Origin: an uncultured virus (IMG/VR IMGVR_UViG_3300018080_000160)
Taxonomy: Duplodnaviria > Heunggongvirae > Uroviricota > Caudoviricetes
Length of the DNA stretch: 20,000 bases
Virus record (IMG/VR): IMGVR_UViG_3300018080_000160
Strand: one strand, 5' to 3'
This document shows positions 6,737 to 15,023 of this stretch, piece by piece. The notes below the pieces were generated by a model, which saw nothing but the letters and a program-made list of their open reading frames with translations, was not told the DNA's origin and made no database searches. Within the stretch, counting starts at the first letter, position 1. Every line of letters begins with the position of its first letter. The translations under genes were made by a program, and so were the position numbers.

Positions 6737-7741
6737 TTGGCAAAAAAGAAGAAAGCTGCAAAGAAGAAGGCGGCCAAGAAAAAGGCGGCCAAGAAAAAAT
6801 CTGCACGGAAGAAGAATGTGGTCGAGTTAGAAGGCCCGAAATCTAAAATTCTTAATCTTTTTTCCGTGCTGGGAATAAAAGGCAAGGAGTTGGACTCGAA
6901 TATGAGTTCAAAAGCTCTACTCACCGAAGGATTCGTTCTTGAAGTGGAAAACGACATCGCATCTTTTTATTCTGGGAACACGGTGAAGGGGATGAATGTC
7001 TTGCTTTATAAGATGGTGGAGCTTGACGGGATAACCGTTAAGTCCGAGGGGCTATGTTATTGTGCCGCAAACGACGAACTCCTTTCTCGCATATACAAGT
7101 GTGAGTCTGGAAAGATGCGAATCTCTATCGGAGATAAGAAAATCGAGATGGTCGATTCCGCGAACCACAAATCCGGATTCACGCAGACCTCAAAGGATGA
7201 AGGCGAAGATCGGGTGAAAGGATGGAAAGATATAATCGAGGACAACATCGGTCAACACACTCGCGGGTATAAATGGTCTGATGCAGATGTAATTGCTTCT
7301 ATGGTAGTTGATGCAGAGGAACTGGCTAAAATCGTCAAATCTGCTGAGATTATGCGTGTAGTGTCTTATCCCATCAAGATTCGGGACGGAAAGGTTATTT
7401 TCTCCGTGGAAAACGAATTCGCGTGGGAATCTCGTGAAATCGAACCTGACGATATTGAGATGGAAGAGGAGGAGTACGAGGCGAATTATCATACAGGGGT
7501 AGATGCTGCACTTAGCAATCTCGAAGAGGAAATCGTCATCAATATGTGTCGGCATCCGGAGGGTGTCGCGGATGTGATGGCCATCTCCAAAGTGGAGGAC
7601 AAATCTGTAACGGTGTTTTACCTTATCGCAATATCGGAAGACGATCTCGACGAACCCGAAGAAGATTTGGGTGAAGAGGAATTCGAGGAAGATTTGGGTG
7701 AAGAGGAACTCGAAGAAGCGGAGGAAGAGAACGATGGTTGA
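6737..7741 (+). CDS. Divergent PCNA-like sliding clamp with (KKKAA)n N-tail and acidic C-tail
   Basis: A core of about 270 aa has a two-domain alpha/beta pattern (ASMVVDAEELAKIVKSAE, IKIRDGKVIFSVE, EEYEANY, VTVFYLIAI; compare PCNA C-terminal YLAP). RFC and PolB are in the same module. TTG start after GAGGCG. Confidence 0.65.
   Translation: MAKKKKAAKKKAAKKKAAKKKSARKKNVVELEGPKSKILNLFSVLGIKGKELDSNMSSKALLTEGFVLEVENDIASFYSGNTVKGMNVLLYKMVELDGITVKSEGLCYCAANDELLSRIYKCESGKMRISIGDKKIEMVDSANHKSGFTQTSKDEGEDRVKGWKDIIEDNIGQHTRGYKWSDADVIASMVVDAEELAKIVKSAEIMRVVSYPIKIRDGKVIFSVENEFAWESREIEPDDIEMEEEEYEANYHTGVDAALSNLEEEIVINMCRHPEGVADVMAISKVEDKSVTVFYLIAISEDDLDEPEEDLGEEEFEEDLGEEELEEAEEENDG
6746..6805 (+). repeat. 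Four 15-bp in-frame tandem units encoding KKKAA x3 and KKKSA
   Basis: aagaagaaagctgca / aagaagaaggcggcc / aagaaaaaggcggcc / aagaaaaaatctgca. Confidence 0.9.
7661..7708 (+). repeat. 27-bp-period duplication in the acidic tail (EDLGEEE x2)
   Basis: gaagatttgggtgaagaggaa occurs at 7661-7681 and 7688-7708. Confidence 0.9.
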
Positions 7742-8000
7742 TGTTCCATACCCAGAAGGAGAAGTGAGATGGTACGGAGGGAGTCACAAAGTCAGAATTC
7801 TCCCGGCTGAATCTTTCAGTGAATGTAAACAACCTTATACTGGCTACACTTCGAAAAAGATTGAATCGCGGTGTTACCCGTGCTTGGTGATGGAAGATTT
7901 CATGACCACGCGCAGCGGGAAGGTATTCAAAGCTGGGGATAAAGTGGTTCTGGCAAAGTGTCTTCTGCCGAGGAAACATCGAAGTCAGTGGAAACGGTGA
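7734..8000 (+). CDS. Hypothetical protein (88 aa)
   Basis: ATG at 7734 overlaps the end of the clamp gene and follows GGAGG; MVDVPYPEGEVRWYGG... Confidence 0.55.
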   Translation: MVDVPYPEGEVRWYGGSHKVRILPAESFSECKQPYTGYTSKKIESRCYPCLVMEDFMTTRSGKVFKAGDKVVLAKCLLPRKHRSQWKR

Positions 8001-8344
8001 AGGAGATGGTAGAAACGGTCACTATCGAGAACGAGGCTAAACTTAGGCGTATATTACAGGAAATGAGCAAGACACAACACAAAATTCTTAGATTCATCGT
8101 GGAATTCGAGAAAAGTCACGGAATCGCCCCACAACAACGAGAAATCATTGAAGGAATCGAAAAAGCACCGACAACGATTAAGGACAATGTTATGATGTTG
8201 ACGCTTAGACAAATCGCTTACAAGAAAAAACTTAAAATCTATCGCCAGCTTGGTGGTAGACCTCCGATGACTGTCTCAGCAACGCCGCTTGGTGAATTTC
8301 TGTACCAATACGCCAAAAAAATGGGCTTTAAACCCTATACTTAA
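7958..8344 (+). CDS. Winged-helix DNA-binding protein (LexA N-terminal-like)
   Basis: SKTQHKILRFIVEFEKSHGIAPQQREI..TTI..L resembles the LexA DNA-binding domain, and GGRPP...TPLG resembles the wing. There is no peptidase domain. The true start may be further downstream. Confidence 0.7.
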   Translation: MSSAEETSKSVETVKEMVETVTIENEAKLRRILQEMSKTQHKILRFIVEFEKSHGIAPQQREIIEGIEKAPTTIKDNVMMLTLRQIAYKKKLKIYRQLGGRPPMTVSATPLGEFLYQYAKKMGFKPYT

Positions 8345-8371
8345 CTTTTTTATTTCAGGAGAGTATCATTA

Positions 8372-8611
8372 ATGGTGGAAATAACAGGTGAAAGAAACAC
8401 AATTCTCTATTTGAAGATTCTAAGACTCTATCCAACCGAACCGCTTGAAGATGTTGTCACACGGGTCGTTAATGACTATATCGACAGACATCGTGCTAAG
8501 ATCGAACAAGGCCCGAAAGCAGCAGCACTTCGCTCGCTTGAGACGAAATTAGCGTTGGAGGCAACAAAATCTTTGAATAAAGACATCACGGAGATAGATT
8601 GGAATGAGTAG
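8372..8611 (+). CDS. Hypothetical protein (79 aa), possibly ribbon-helix-helix-like
   Basis: AGGAG RBS, preceded by a T-tract at 8346-8355; strand-helix-helix pattern (LEDVVTRVVNDYIDR). Confidence 0.55.
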   Translation: MVEITGERNTILYLKILRLYPTEPLEDVVTRVVNDYIDRHRAKIEQGPKAAALRSLETKLALEATKSLNKDITEIDWNE

Positions 8612-9461
8612 GTACAAGGAATCTTTGCTTCGGTGGGCTGGCGGGAAGTACCACGCCTTATCAAGAATCATCCCTCTCATCAACCCACGCAAGAATTCCT
8701 GCGAGATTTTCTGCGGATCTGCAGTTATAACTCTCAATCTACCTCTTCTGAGGAGAAGCAAATCGGAAGCGATTGTTGACATCAATTCCCAAATTTCCAA
8801 TTTTTTTCGAGTTATTAGAGATAAACCAGACGAATACATGGAAAGGATGAAATACACGTTCTCAGGGGATGATTGGGTTGAGGAACTCGAAGCTCAGTCG
8901 GACGATGTTAGTCGTGCTATGTGTTTTTACCTCAAGAACCGCAATTCTTTTGCCGGGTTTGGCGATTTTGCTACCCGTGAAGGGATTGTCTACTCCTTCG
9001 GTAACAACCCAATCATAAAGGACGTGACTTGGTGGGCTGAACGTCTTCGGAATGTGCGGATTTATCGTTTAGACTTTAGAGATGCACTCAAACGGGTAAA
9101 CGGACTTGACACTGATTGGGTTCTCATTTTAGATCCCCCTTATCCTAAAGCTGGGAAGAAAGGGGAGCGTATGTATTGCGGGGAAACCGAGAACGGGAAG
9201 GAAGACCTCGGATTCACCGAAAAGGACACGCGAGATTTATGTAAATTACTTCACGAATCACATCACGAAATCTTTCTTACATATCCAGATAAACCACTTA
9301 TAAGAGATTTATACTCGGATTGGCACATCCGGGAAGCTCGGTGGCACTATCATGCTGCTCCGGGTGAGAAGAAGAACACAAAAACGGAATTGTTTCTATC
9401 AAATAGACCTTTTAAAAAATACTCGGTAAATAAAGTAAGTTTTGATAAATGGAGTGAATGA
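8604..9461 (+). CDS. DNA adenine methyltransferase (D12/Dam-like class)
   Basis: LRWAGGK, EIFCGSA (motif I), DINSQISNFF, LILDPPY (motif IV) and ELFLSN. Confidence 0.92.
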   Translation: MSRYKESLLRWAGGKYHALSRIIPLINPRKNSCEIFCGSAVITLNLPLLRRSKSEAIVDINSQISNFFRVIRDKPDEYMERMKYTFSGDDWVEELEAQSDDVSRAMCFYLKNRNSFAGFGDFATREGIVYSFGNNPIIKDVTWWAERLRNVRIYRLDFRDALKRVNGLDTDWVLILDPPYPKAGKKGERMYCGETENGKEDLGFTEKDTRDLCKLLHESHHEIFLTYPDKPLIRDLYSDWHIREARWHYHAAPGEKKNTKTELFLSNRPFKKYSVNKVSFDKWSE

Positions 9462-9760
9462 AAATGTCAGAGGAAATTTTTGCGGAAGAGGAAAAAAAGA
9501 AAAAGTTCTGCCCGTTCCACCAAAGCGATGATGCAGCTTTCTGCGATGGAGAGGGATGTGAATTGTGGCTCGAAGAGGCTGAGATGTGTTGTCTGAAATT
9601 TGCATCTGTAATGATAGCAAACGCACTAACCCCGATGGATGTAATGGCAACGCTTATGGAGCATAAGGGAGTAGAATCTCAACCCAAATCTGAAATCGAC
9701 CAAGAATTAGACATAATGAACAAAGTTCTTCGTTCTGCACAGAAAAAGGATGAAAAATAA
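9458..9760 (+). CDS. Cys-rich hypothetical protein (100 aa)
   Basis: CPF..C.GEGC..W.....CC motif; overlaps both methyltransferase genes. Confidence 0.7.
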   Translation: MKMSEEIFAEEEKKKKFCPFHQSDDAAFCDGEGCELWLEEAEMCCLKFASVMIANALTPMDVMATLMEHKGVESQPKSEIDQELDIMNKVLRSAQKKDEK

Positions 9761-10797
9761 TGAGCGTAGTTGATGCGTTCTGCGGGTGCGGCGGTCTATC
9801 CCTCGGGTTTCACCGAGCAGGCTTCCAAACCGTACTCGCTATAGATTCTGACGAAGATGCTTGCACATCTTACGAGATGAACTTGGGATTGCAACCTTAT
9901 TGTGGGGACATCCGAAAGTTCCCGTATGATGTGTATATGCACTTTGCTGGGGATTTAGATTTGGTAATTGGCGGTAGTCCGTGTACCGATTATTCTACTG
10001 CCGGACAGCGGAGAATCCGTAGCAAAGTAGCAATGTTATACAAAGAGTTTATTAAATGTGTTGATTATTTCCGCCCAAAAGGATTTCTCTTCGAGAATGT
10101 TAGAGGAATAAAGACTGCTGGAAATATCTGGGACGATTTAAGGCAAACGATGCATAAGATTGGATATAGATTGAAGTGGAAGGAATTACACGCGGCTGAC
10201 TATGGCGTTCCTCAATTTCGCATAAGGATATTTTTGGTAGGAATAAGGGAAGATTTGACATTTAACTACAAATACCCAGTCCCAACTCACGCGCAGAAAC
10301 CTCTCGTGACATTCGATGGGATGAAAACAAAAAAGTGGGTCACAGTACGAGAAGCAATAGGCGACATCATTGGGTTAACTCCAAGGCCATCCTCGACGCC
10401 AGAAGCCATGGAAAACCGACTTAAATCTAATTACAAGAGCGGGAATAGAATTATCGACCCGGACAAACCAGCACCAACGGTAATGACCGGGAATCACGGA
10501 AAAAGTATGGGTATTCTACCAATACAATACACGGATGCTCTCAATAAAGTGAGGAGGAGCGTGGATGAGCCTTCACGCACACTTAGACAAATTCCATTCA
10601 AGTGGCTGAAGCCCACAGATACATTAACCACCTTTTCCGGGCTGGTTCCATTCAGTCCGAGGGAGCAAGCAAGGTTACAATCATTTCCAGACTCGTTCAA
10701 GTTTTACGGTACGTTAAATTCACAGTATAGGCAGATTGGGAATGCTGTACCGCCACTCATGGCTGAAGCACTTGCAAGAGGATTTGTTGGAATATGA
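9760..10797 (+). CDS. DNA (cytosine-5)-methyltransferase
   Basis: DAFCGCGG (I), GGSPC (IV), FENV (VI), YGVPQFRIR (VIII), REQARLQSFP (IX) and YRQIGNAVPP (X). Confidence 0.95.
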   Translation: MSVVDAFCGCGGLSLGFHRAGFQTVLAIDSDEDACTSYEMNLGLQPYCGDIRKFPYDVYMHFAGDLDLVIGGSPCTDYSTAGQRRIRSKVAMLYKEFIKCVDYFRPKGFLFENVRGIKTAGNIWDDLRQTMHKIGYRLKWKELHAADYGVPQFRIRIFLVGIREDLTFNYKYPVPTHAQKPLVTFDGMKTKKWVTVREAIGDIIGLTPRPSSTPEAMENRLKSNYKSGNRIIDPDKPAPTVMTGNHGKSMGILPIQYTDALNKVRRSVDEPSRTLRQIPFKWLKPTDTLTTFSGLVPFSPREQARLQSFPDSFKFYGTLNSQYRQIGNAVPPLMAEALARGFVGI

Positions 10798-10943
10798 GAA
10801 GAATCAGAAAAAAGAAAGTGAAGAGGTTATGCACCAAAGTTCTCTATGGGACTTGTGGTTCGTTGATGAAAGTAGGTAGGAAGTATTATTGCATGCGAGA
10901 CAAATGCAGGAGGAAAGCGTTATATGGAAAAAGATCAGAATGA
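10794..10943 (+). CDS. Small basic 4-Cys protein (49 aa)
   Basis: Translated by hand; ATGA overlap with the C5-MTase stop: MRRIRKKKVKRLCTKVLYGTCGSLMKVGRKYYCMRDKCRRKALYGKRSE. Confidence 0.55.
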   Translation: MRRIRKKKVKRLCTKVLYGTCGSLMKVGRKYYCMRDKCRRKALYGKRSE

Positions 10944-11103
10944 GATAATAGATTTCGAGGCTCCGTTATACTACGAGACGGACGAGATGATTGAGACCCT
11001 ACAAAAGATGGGTATCATAAAAACGATGAAGGACGACGAGATGACCGAGTTTCGACACAAGATAGTAAAGGTATTGAAGGAGAAGTGGACATTTTATGAT
11101 TGA
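10924..11103 (+). CDS. Small hypothetical protein (59 aa)
   Basis: Translated by hand; AGGAGG upstream; MEKDQNEIIDFEAPLYYETDEM...EKWTFYD; overlaps the dUTPase start. Confidence 0.6.
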   Translation: MEKDQNEIIDFEAPLYYETDEMIETLQKMGIIKTMKDDEMTEFRHKIVKVLKEKWTFYD

Positions 11104-11569
11104 AGCAAACGTAGAATGGAAGAAGATTTTCCCAGATGCAAAGCTTCCGGTAAAGAAGCACGATTGGGATGTTGGATTGGATGCCTATGCTCATAGGTTC
11201 GATAAAGGCATTGGTCGAAATGCAAAAGAAGTTTCCATGTCGAGAGGAGAAATTGTAATCGCTCACCTTGGAATTGCGTGTAGTCTTCCGCAAGGTTTCT
11301 ACATCCAAGTCGTTCCGCGTAGTGGTCTGGCTAAGCGGTATGGTCTTAGCATCGTTAACAGTCCCGGAACAATAGATGCTGGTTACCAAGGAGAGATTGA
11401 TGTGATACTCGTGAAGTTTGGCGAGGAGCATCTACATCTCAAAAAAGGTGAGAGAATCTGCCAACTTATTCTTCGGAGCGTTATCCGAATGAATATCATC
11501 GAAAAGTCAGATTTCTCTTACACGACAGAGCGTGGGGAAAATGGGTTTGGTTCCACCGGAAGAGAATAA
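11096..11569 (+). CDS. dut: Trimeric dUTPase
   Basis: All five motifs are present: VGLD, PRSGLA, NSPGTIDAGYQGEI, GERICQL and RGENGFGSTG. Confidence 0.95.
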   Translation: MIEANVEWKKIFPDAKLPVKKHDWDVGLDAYAHRFDKGIGRNAKEVSMSRGEIVIAHLGIACSLPQGFYIQVVPRSGLAKRYGLSIVNSPGTIDAGYQGEIDVILVKFGEEHLHLKKGERICQLILRSVIRMNIIEKSDFSYTTERGENGFGSTGRE

Positions 11570-11726
11570 ACCCAGATGCCCAAGATGCGGAGGCTTGATG
11601 CAGTGGCGACAGATATCCCAAGACCAACCAAAATTTCTGATTTGTCGGGTTTGCCGATTCAGAATGGGCAACAACGATCTGGAAGATGTAAGATTTGCGG
11701 AGAAAAACGAGAAAAAATTGATTTAA
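11541..11726 (+). CDS. Small Zn-ribbon protein
   Basis: CPRCGGLM...FLICRVC; ATG at 11541 (alternative GTG at 11532). Confidence 0.6.
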   Translation: MGLVPPEENKPRCPRCGGLMQWRQISQDQPKFLICRVCRFRMGNNDLEDVRFAEKNEKKLI

Positions 11727-12004
11727 AGTATGGTTCTTACAATACCTGCGAATGTGGGCGGTCAGATATAACAGATTGGTTATTCTGGACGTCCATAGCA
11801 GGATATACGCGGAGTAAAATGAAAGATTTTTGTGCGAAACGATTAGGTGTTAGAACTCTCACAAACTACGATTGGAAAAATTCCAAGTGGAGGATCTCAG
11901 ATTATGAGCTCGAAAATATTACGCGGGGTGCATCAGTCGGTCGATTTCTTGAACTACAAGAACGCTCCGAGAATGTTTGTGTGGTACAGAGATGCGAGAG
12001 ATAA
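11651..12004 (+). CDS. Possible Zn-finger protein overlapping both neighbours (start uncertain)
   Basis: CKICG...TCECG. It is the only long + strand frame open across 11727-11903 and it overlaps polB by about 100 nt. Confidence 0.4.
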   Translation: MPIQNGQQRSGRCKICGEKREKIDLKYGSYNTCECGRSDITDWLFWTSIAGYTRSKMKDFCAKRLGVRTLTNYDWKNSKWRISDYELENITRGASVGRFLELQERSENVCVVQRCER

Positions 12005-14720
12005 ATACAGACGCAGACTCTTGGAAATCACTAACTTCTCACCCCATTTTTATGTTGAAGGCGACCAGCGCGGCGTGAATAGCCCGTACATCAAGAAGGC
12101 GTACTATGATAGGTACGTAAATCGAAACTTGCAAGGCGAACGTGTCACAAAAATTGAAACTAATATCTCGTCAGATGTTCGACATCTTCGGGATAATGAA
12201 TTTGATGGCATGCAAACCTACCAAGCAGCTATTCTACTTCCCCGAACCTTTCTCATCGCTAACAGAATCACTTCTGGATTCCATATTGACGTGAACCGTG
12301 TCACAAAAGAGTCACATAGATACAACGGATCTCTGATATACAAGACAAGAACAGAACACCTGAAACCAAGCTCAAAAATCTATGTAGCTCCCCGAATTCA
12401 ATACGGCGACTTCGAGATTGACAACTCGGACGGTTCTCTGGCAGATGCTACAGTTGGAGACCTCCCAATCACCATGTACTCTTGGATAGATTCTTACGAT
12501 CCATTCAAACCGAAGTCTATCGTGTGGCATCCAAAGTGGGCTAACAAACAACCGACACTCGTAAAGAAGGAATACATCTACGAATACACGGGAGAAAAGC
12601 ACGAGTGGCACATACATTGTTTCCCAAACGAAATTGACATGCTCCATTACCTTATCAAAGTCATAGGTCTGAAAGAAGATCCGGACATTATGACTGGCTG
12701 GAACTTCACGGAGTTTGATATGACTTATCTAATCAACCGAATTCGTCATATTAACGCAACATCTCTCGAATCACATAAACCGGAAAATTTCATAGATATT
12801 CGAAGAATTTCTCCGTTATGTAGACTTGCTGACTATCGCGGATGGAGTTCCAGCAACGCGAAGGTTTCCGCTAAAAACGGTAGAGTGTATATACCGGGCC
12901 GAGAAATCCTCGATATGTATAAAGCTTACCGTAAAATGGTTGACCCAGCAGAAGGAAAGAAAGATTCCTATACTCTTGATAATATTGGATTTACCGAGTT
13001 GAAGTTAAGGAAGATTGTTCACGAAGGCAGTGTCGGTCAGTTGTGGATGCGAGACCCGCTCGCCGCGCTAATCTATAATATGCGAGACTCGGAGATATGT
13101 TATTTTCTTGACAATGTAAAAGGAATCTTTAATAACTTCGACACACAACGCAGAGAAGTAGGTTGCTTGTGGAGAGATGTCCTATCTCCGGCTATCGTCT
13201 TAGGTACTGACCAGACTCGGGCTGCCAACAAGAAAGGCATCGTATTACCTACTACTTACGTGCCAGACAAAAATAAGAAGAAAAAATTCAAAGGAGCCAT
13301 CGTTCTCCCAGCAACGGTCGGACTGCACTACAATGTTCTTGCATTTGACCTCAAATCTTTATATCTAAATCTAATCGACCAGTGGAATATATCCCCCGAT
13401 GTCTTCGTGGACACATTATCGAATTTGAAGAAGAAGCACAATAATAGCCAAAAAATCTTATCATCATACGTGCAAAACTATATTCGGACTCCTAACGGGT
13501 TGTTGTGGGAGAAAAGAAAAGATGGCTTTGCAAGAGAACGGGTTAGGCATTATCAAATAGAGCGACAGAAGATTCGGGATAAACACGCGCAGCTAAAAGA
13601 GATCAACGGGGCTGATAATATCGAAGTGAAAAACCTCGACACGCGCCAAAAAGCCTACAAAACATTCAGTTTGGTCTTCTGGGGAGTATTCGGACACGAA
13701 GGAAGCGAACTCTACTGGGAACCGATGGCTGAGGCTGTTACATCTTCGGGACGTACAGTAATAAATTTCACGAGAGATAGAGTCGAGAGTACCTTAATGC
13801 AGAAAAAACTCGAACTACAATTCGGAGAAGTCAAGGATCTTCGTGTAGTTTACGGTGACACTGATTCAGTCTATGTGCTTGTTCAATTTACTGACGAAAT
13901 GCTAAATCAAGACATGGATTTTATGTGTGATGTTGCAGATTACATCTCGAAATTCTTGAATGATGGTTACCCGTTACTCGCAAAGAAGTATAATTGTCCG
14001 ACAAATTGCATGCACATCCGTTGCGAGAAGATTTACAAGTCCTACTTCATGACCGTGACCGGGAAAGGAACTGCCGGGAAGAAGCGGTACGTGGGATTAA
14101 AAGTAAGGGAGTTACTTCAAGAGAGAGGGAAGGAGAGATGGATTGTCACGAATAAAGAGGACATCAAAGGCTTCGAGTCCAGACGCAGCGATAACTCTAA
14201 AGTTGGTAAGGACTTCCAGAAATCTATATTCAGTATTCTAATGCACGGAAAAGGGATTAAAGATATCAGAAGAAAACTCAAACATTTAATTAGAAAAACG
14301 CAAATGGAATTTTTCTCTGGGAACCACGCACTTACTGATATTGCAATACCGAAAGGTATATCCAGACCGCTTGGTTCATACGGTAAGTTAAATCCTCATA
14401 GTGGGCGAAGAAGTAGTATTCCTATTCATGTCCGAGCAGCTAAATATTCTAACCAGAACTTCAAGACGAACTACAATGGTGGGTCAAAGGTGTATTATAT
14501 CTACGTGGAAGATGTCCCTCGAATCTACCCAAAGACAGATGTGATTGCTTTCCAGTACGACCACGAAGTTCCGAAAGGTGTAGTGGTAGATTATAATAAG
14601 ATGTGGGAGAAACAATTTATAAAGAAAGCAGAGGCTATATTTCGCGGGCTGAATACTACCTACAAGCAGATCGTTGGAGGAGTGTTCAAAAATGCATTTG
14701 ATTCGTGGGATTCTAACTAA
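11904..14720 (+). CDS. polB: Family B DNA polymerase with 3'-5' exonuclease
   Basis: ExoI YGDFEID, ExoII GWNFTEFD, ExoIII YNMRD; motif A FDLKSLYLN, motif B QKAYKTFSLVFWG, motif C YGDTDS; KKRY and KGFESRRSD. Start set at ATG 11904 (GGAGG upstream; VDF..P..F.W.R..FSPHFYV matches the archaeal PolB N-terminus). Confidence 0.96.
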   Translation: MSSKILRGVHQSVDFLNYKNAPRMFVWYRDARDKYRRRLLEITNFSPHFYVEGDQRGVNSPYIKKAYYDRYVNRNLQGERVTKIETNISSDVRHLRDNEFDGMQTYQAAILLPRTFLIANRITSGFHIDVNRVTKESHRYNGSLIYKTRTEHLKPSSKIYVAPRIQYGDFEIDNSDGSLADATVGDLPITMYSWIDSYDPFKPKSIVWHPKWANKQPTLVKKEYIYEYTGEKHEWHIHCFPNEIDMLHYLIKVIGLKEDPDIMTGWNFTEFDMTYLINRIRHINATSLESHKPENFIDIRRISPLCRLADYRGWSSSNAKVSAKNGRVYIPGREILDMYKAYRKMVDPAEGKKDSYTLDNIGFTELKLRKIVHEGSVGQLWMRDPLAALIYNMRDSEICYFLDNVKGIFNNFDTQRREVGCLWRDVLSPAIVLGTDQTRAANKKGIVLPTTYVPDKNKKKKFKGAIVLPATVGLHYNVLAFDLKSLYLNLIDQWNISPDVFVDTLSNLKKKHNNSQKILSSYVQNYIRTPNGLLWEKRKDGFARERVRHYQIERQKIRDKHAQLKEINGADNIEVKNLDTRQKAYKTFSLVFWGVFGHEGSELYWEPMAEAVTSSGRTVINFTRDRVESTLMQKKLELQFGEVKDLRVVYGDTDSVYVLVQFTDEMLNQDMDFMCDVADYISKFLNDGYPLLAKKYNCPTNCMHIRCEKIYKSYFMTVTGKGTAGKKRYVGLKVRELLQERGKERWIVTNKEDIKGFESRRSDNSKVGKDFQKSIFSILMHGKGIKDIRRKLKHLIRKTQMEFFSGNHALTDIAIPKGISRPLGSYGKLNPHSGRRSSIPIHVRAAKYSNQNFKTNYNGGSKVYYIYVEDVPRIYPKTDVIAFQYDHEVPKGVVVDYNKMWEKQFIKKAEAIFRGLNTTYKQIVGGVFKNAFDSWDSN

Positions 14721-14732
14721 AGGAGTGGTTAT

Positions 14733-15023
14733 ATGTTAAAACTAAAAGATGAATATTTCGATATATTTCTCGATTTTGTTGTAGGATGTATTCCGGATAA
14801 GTATTATCCCGAAGGAGATGCGCAAAACATCCAAACCGGGGCACATACTTGTTTGGAAGTGAAAGAAGCAGTTAGATTAACGACTGTGGAGTTTGGTTTA
14901 CCGGAGAAAGCTTTTTTCTCGTATAAGATTGATTATATTGACGGAAACATAGTCGGCGAGGTTCAAATTAACGAATTCTTGCTAACTGAATCGCAAAAGG
15001 GGGAGTTTTGTGTTGAAGTTTAA
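14733..15023 (+). CDS. Hypothetical acidic protein (96 aa)
   Basis: AAGGAGTG RBS; fills the polB-helicase gap. Confidence 0.7.
   Translation: MLKLKDEYFDIFLDFVVGCIPDKYYPEGDAQNIQTGAHTCLEVKEAVRLTTVEFGLPEKAFFSYKIDYIDGNIVGEVQINEFLLTESQKGEFCVEV

Noticed and set aside
8604..10797. Complete restriction-modification system
   Set aside because: No endonuclease is adjacent; the two nucleases about 6 kb away belong to recombination-type families.
12141..12308. CGTGTCACAAAA twice in polB (12141-12152 and 12297-12308), resembling the operator 9-mer
   Set aside because: Both copies encode RVTK in frame and lack the first T of the palindrome; coincidence cannot be excluded.
11904..14720. Intein in the long PolB
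   Set aside because: No splice-junction or LAGLIDADG motifs are seen; the extra length comes from small dispersed insertions.
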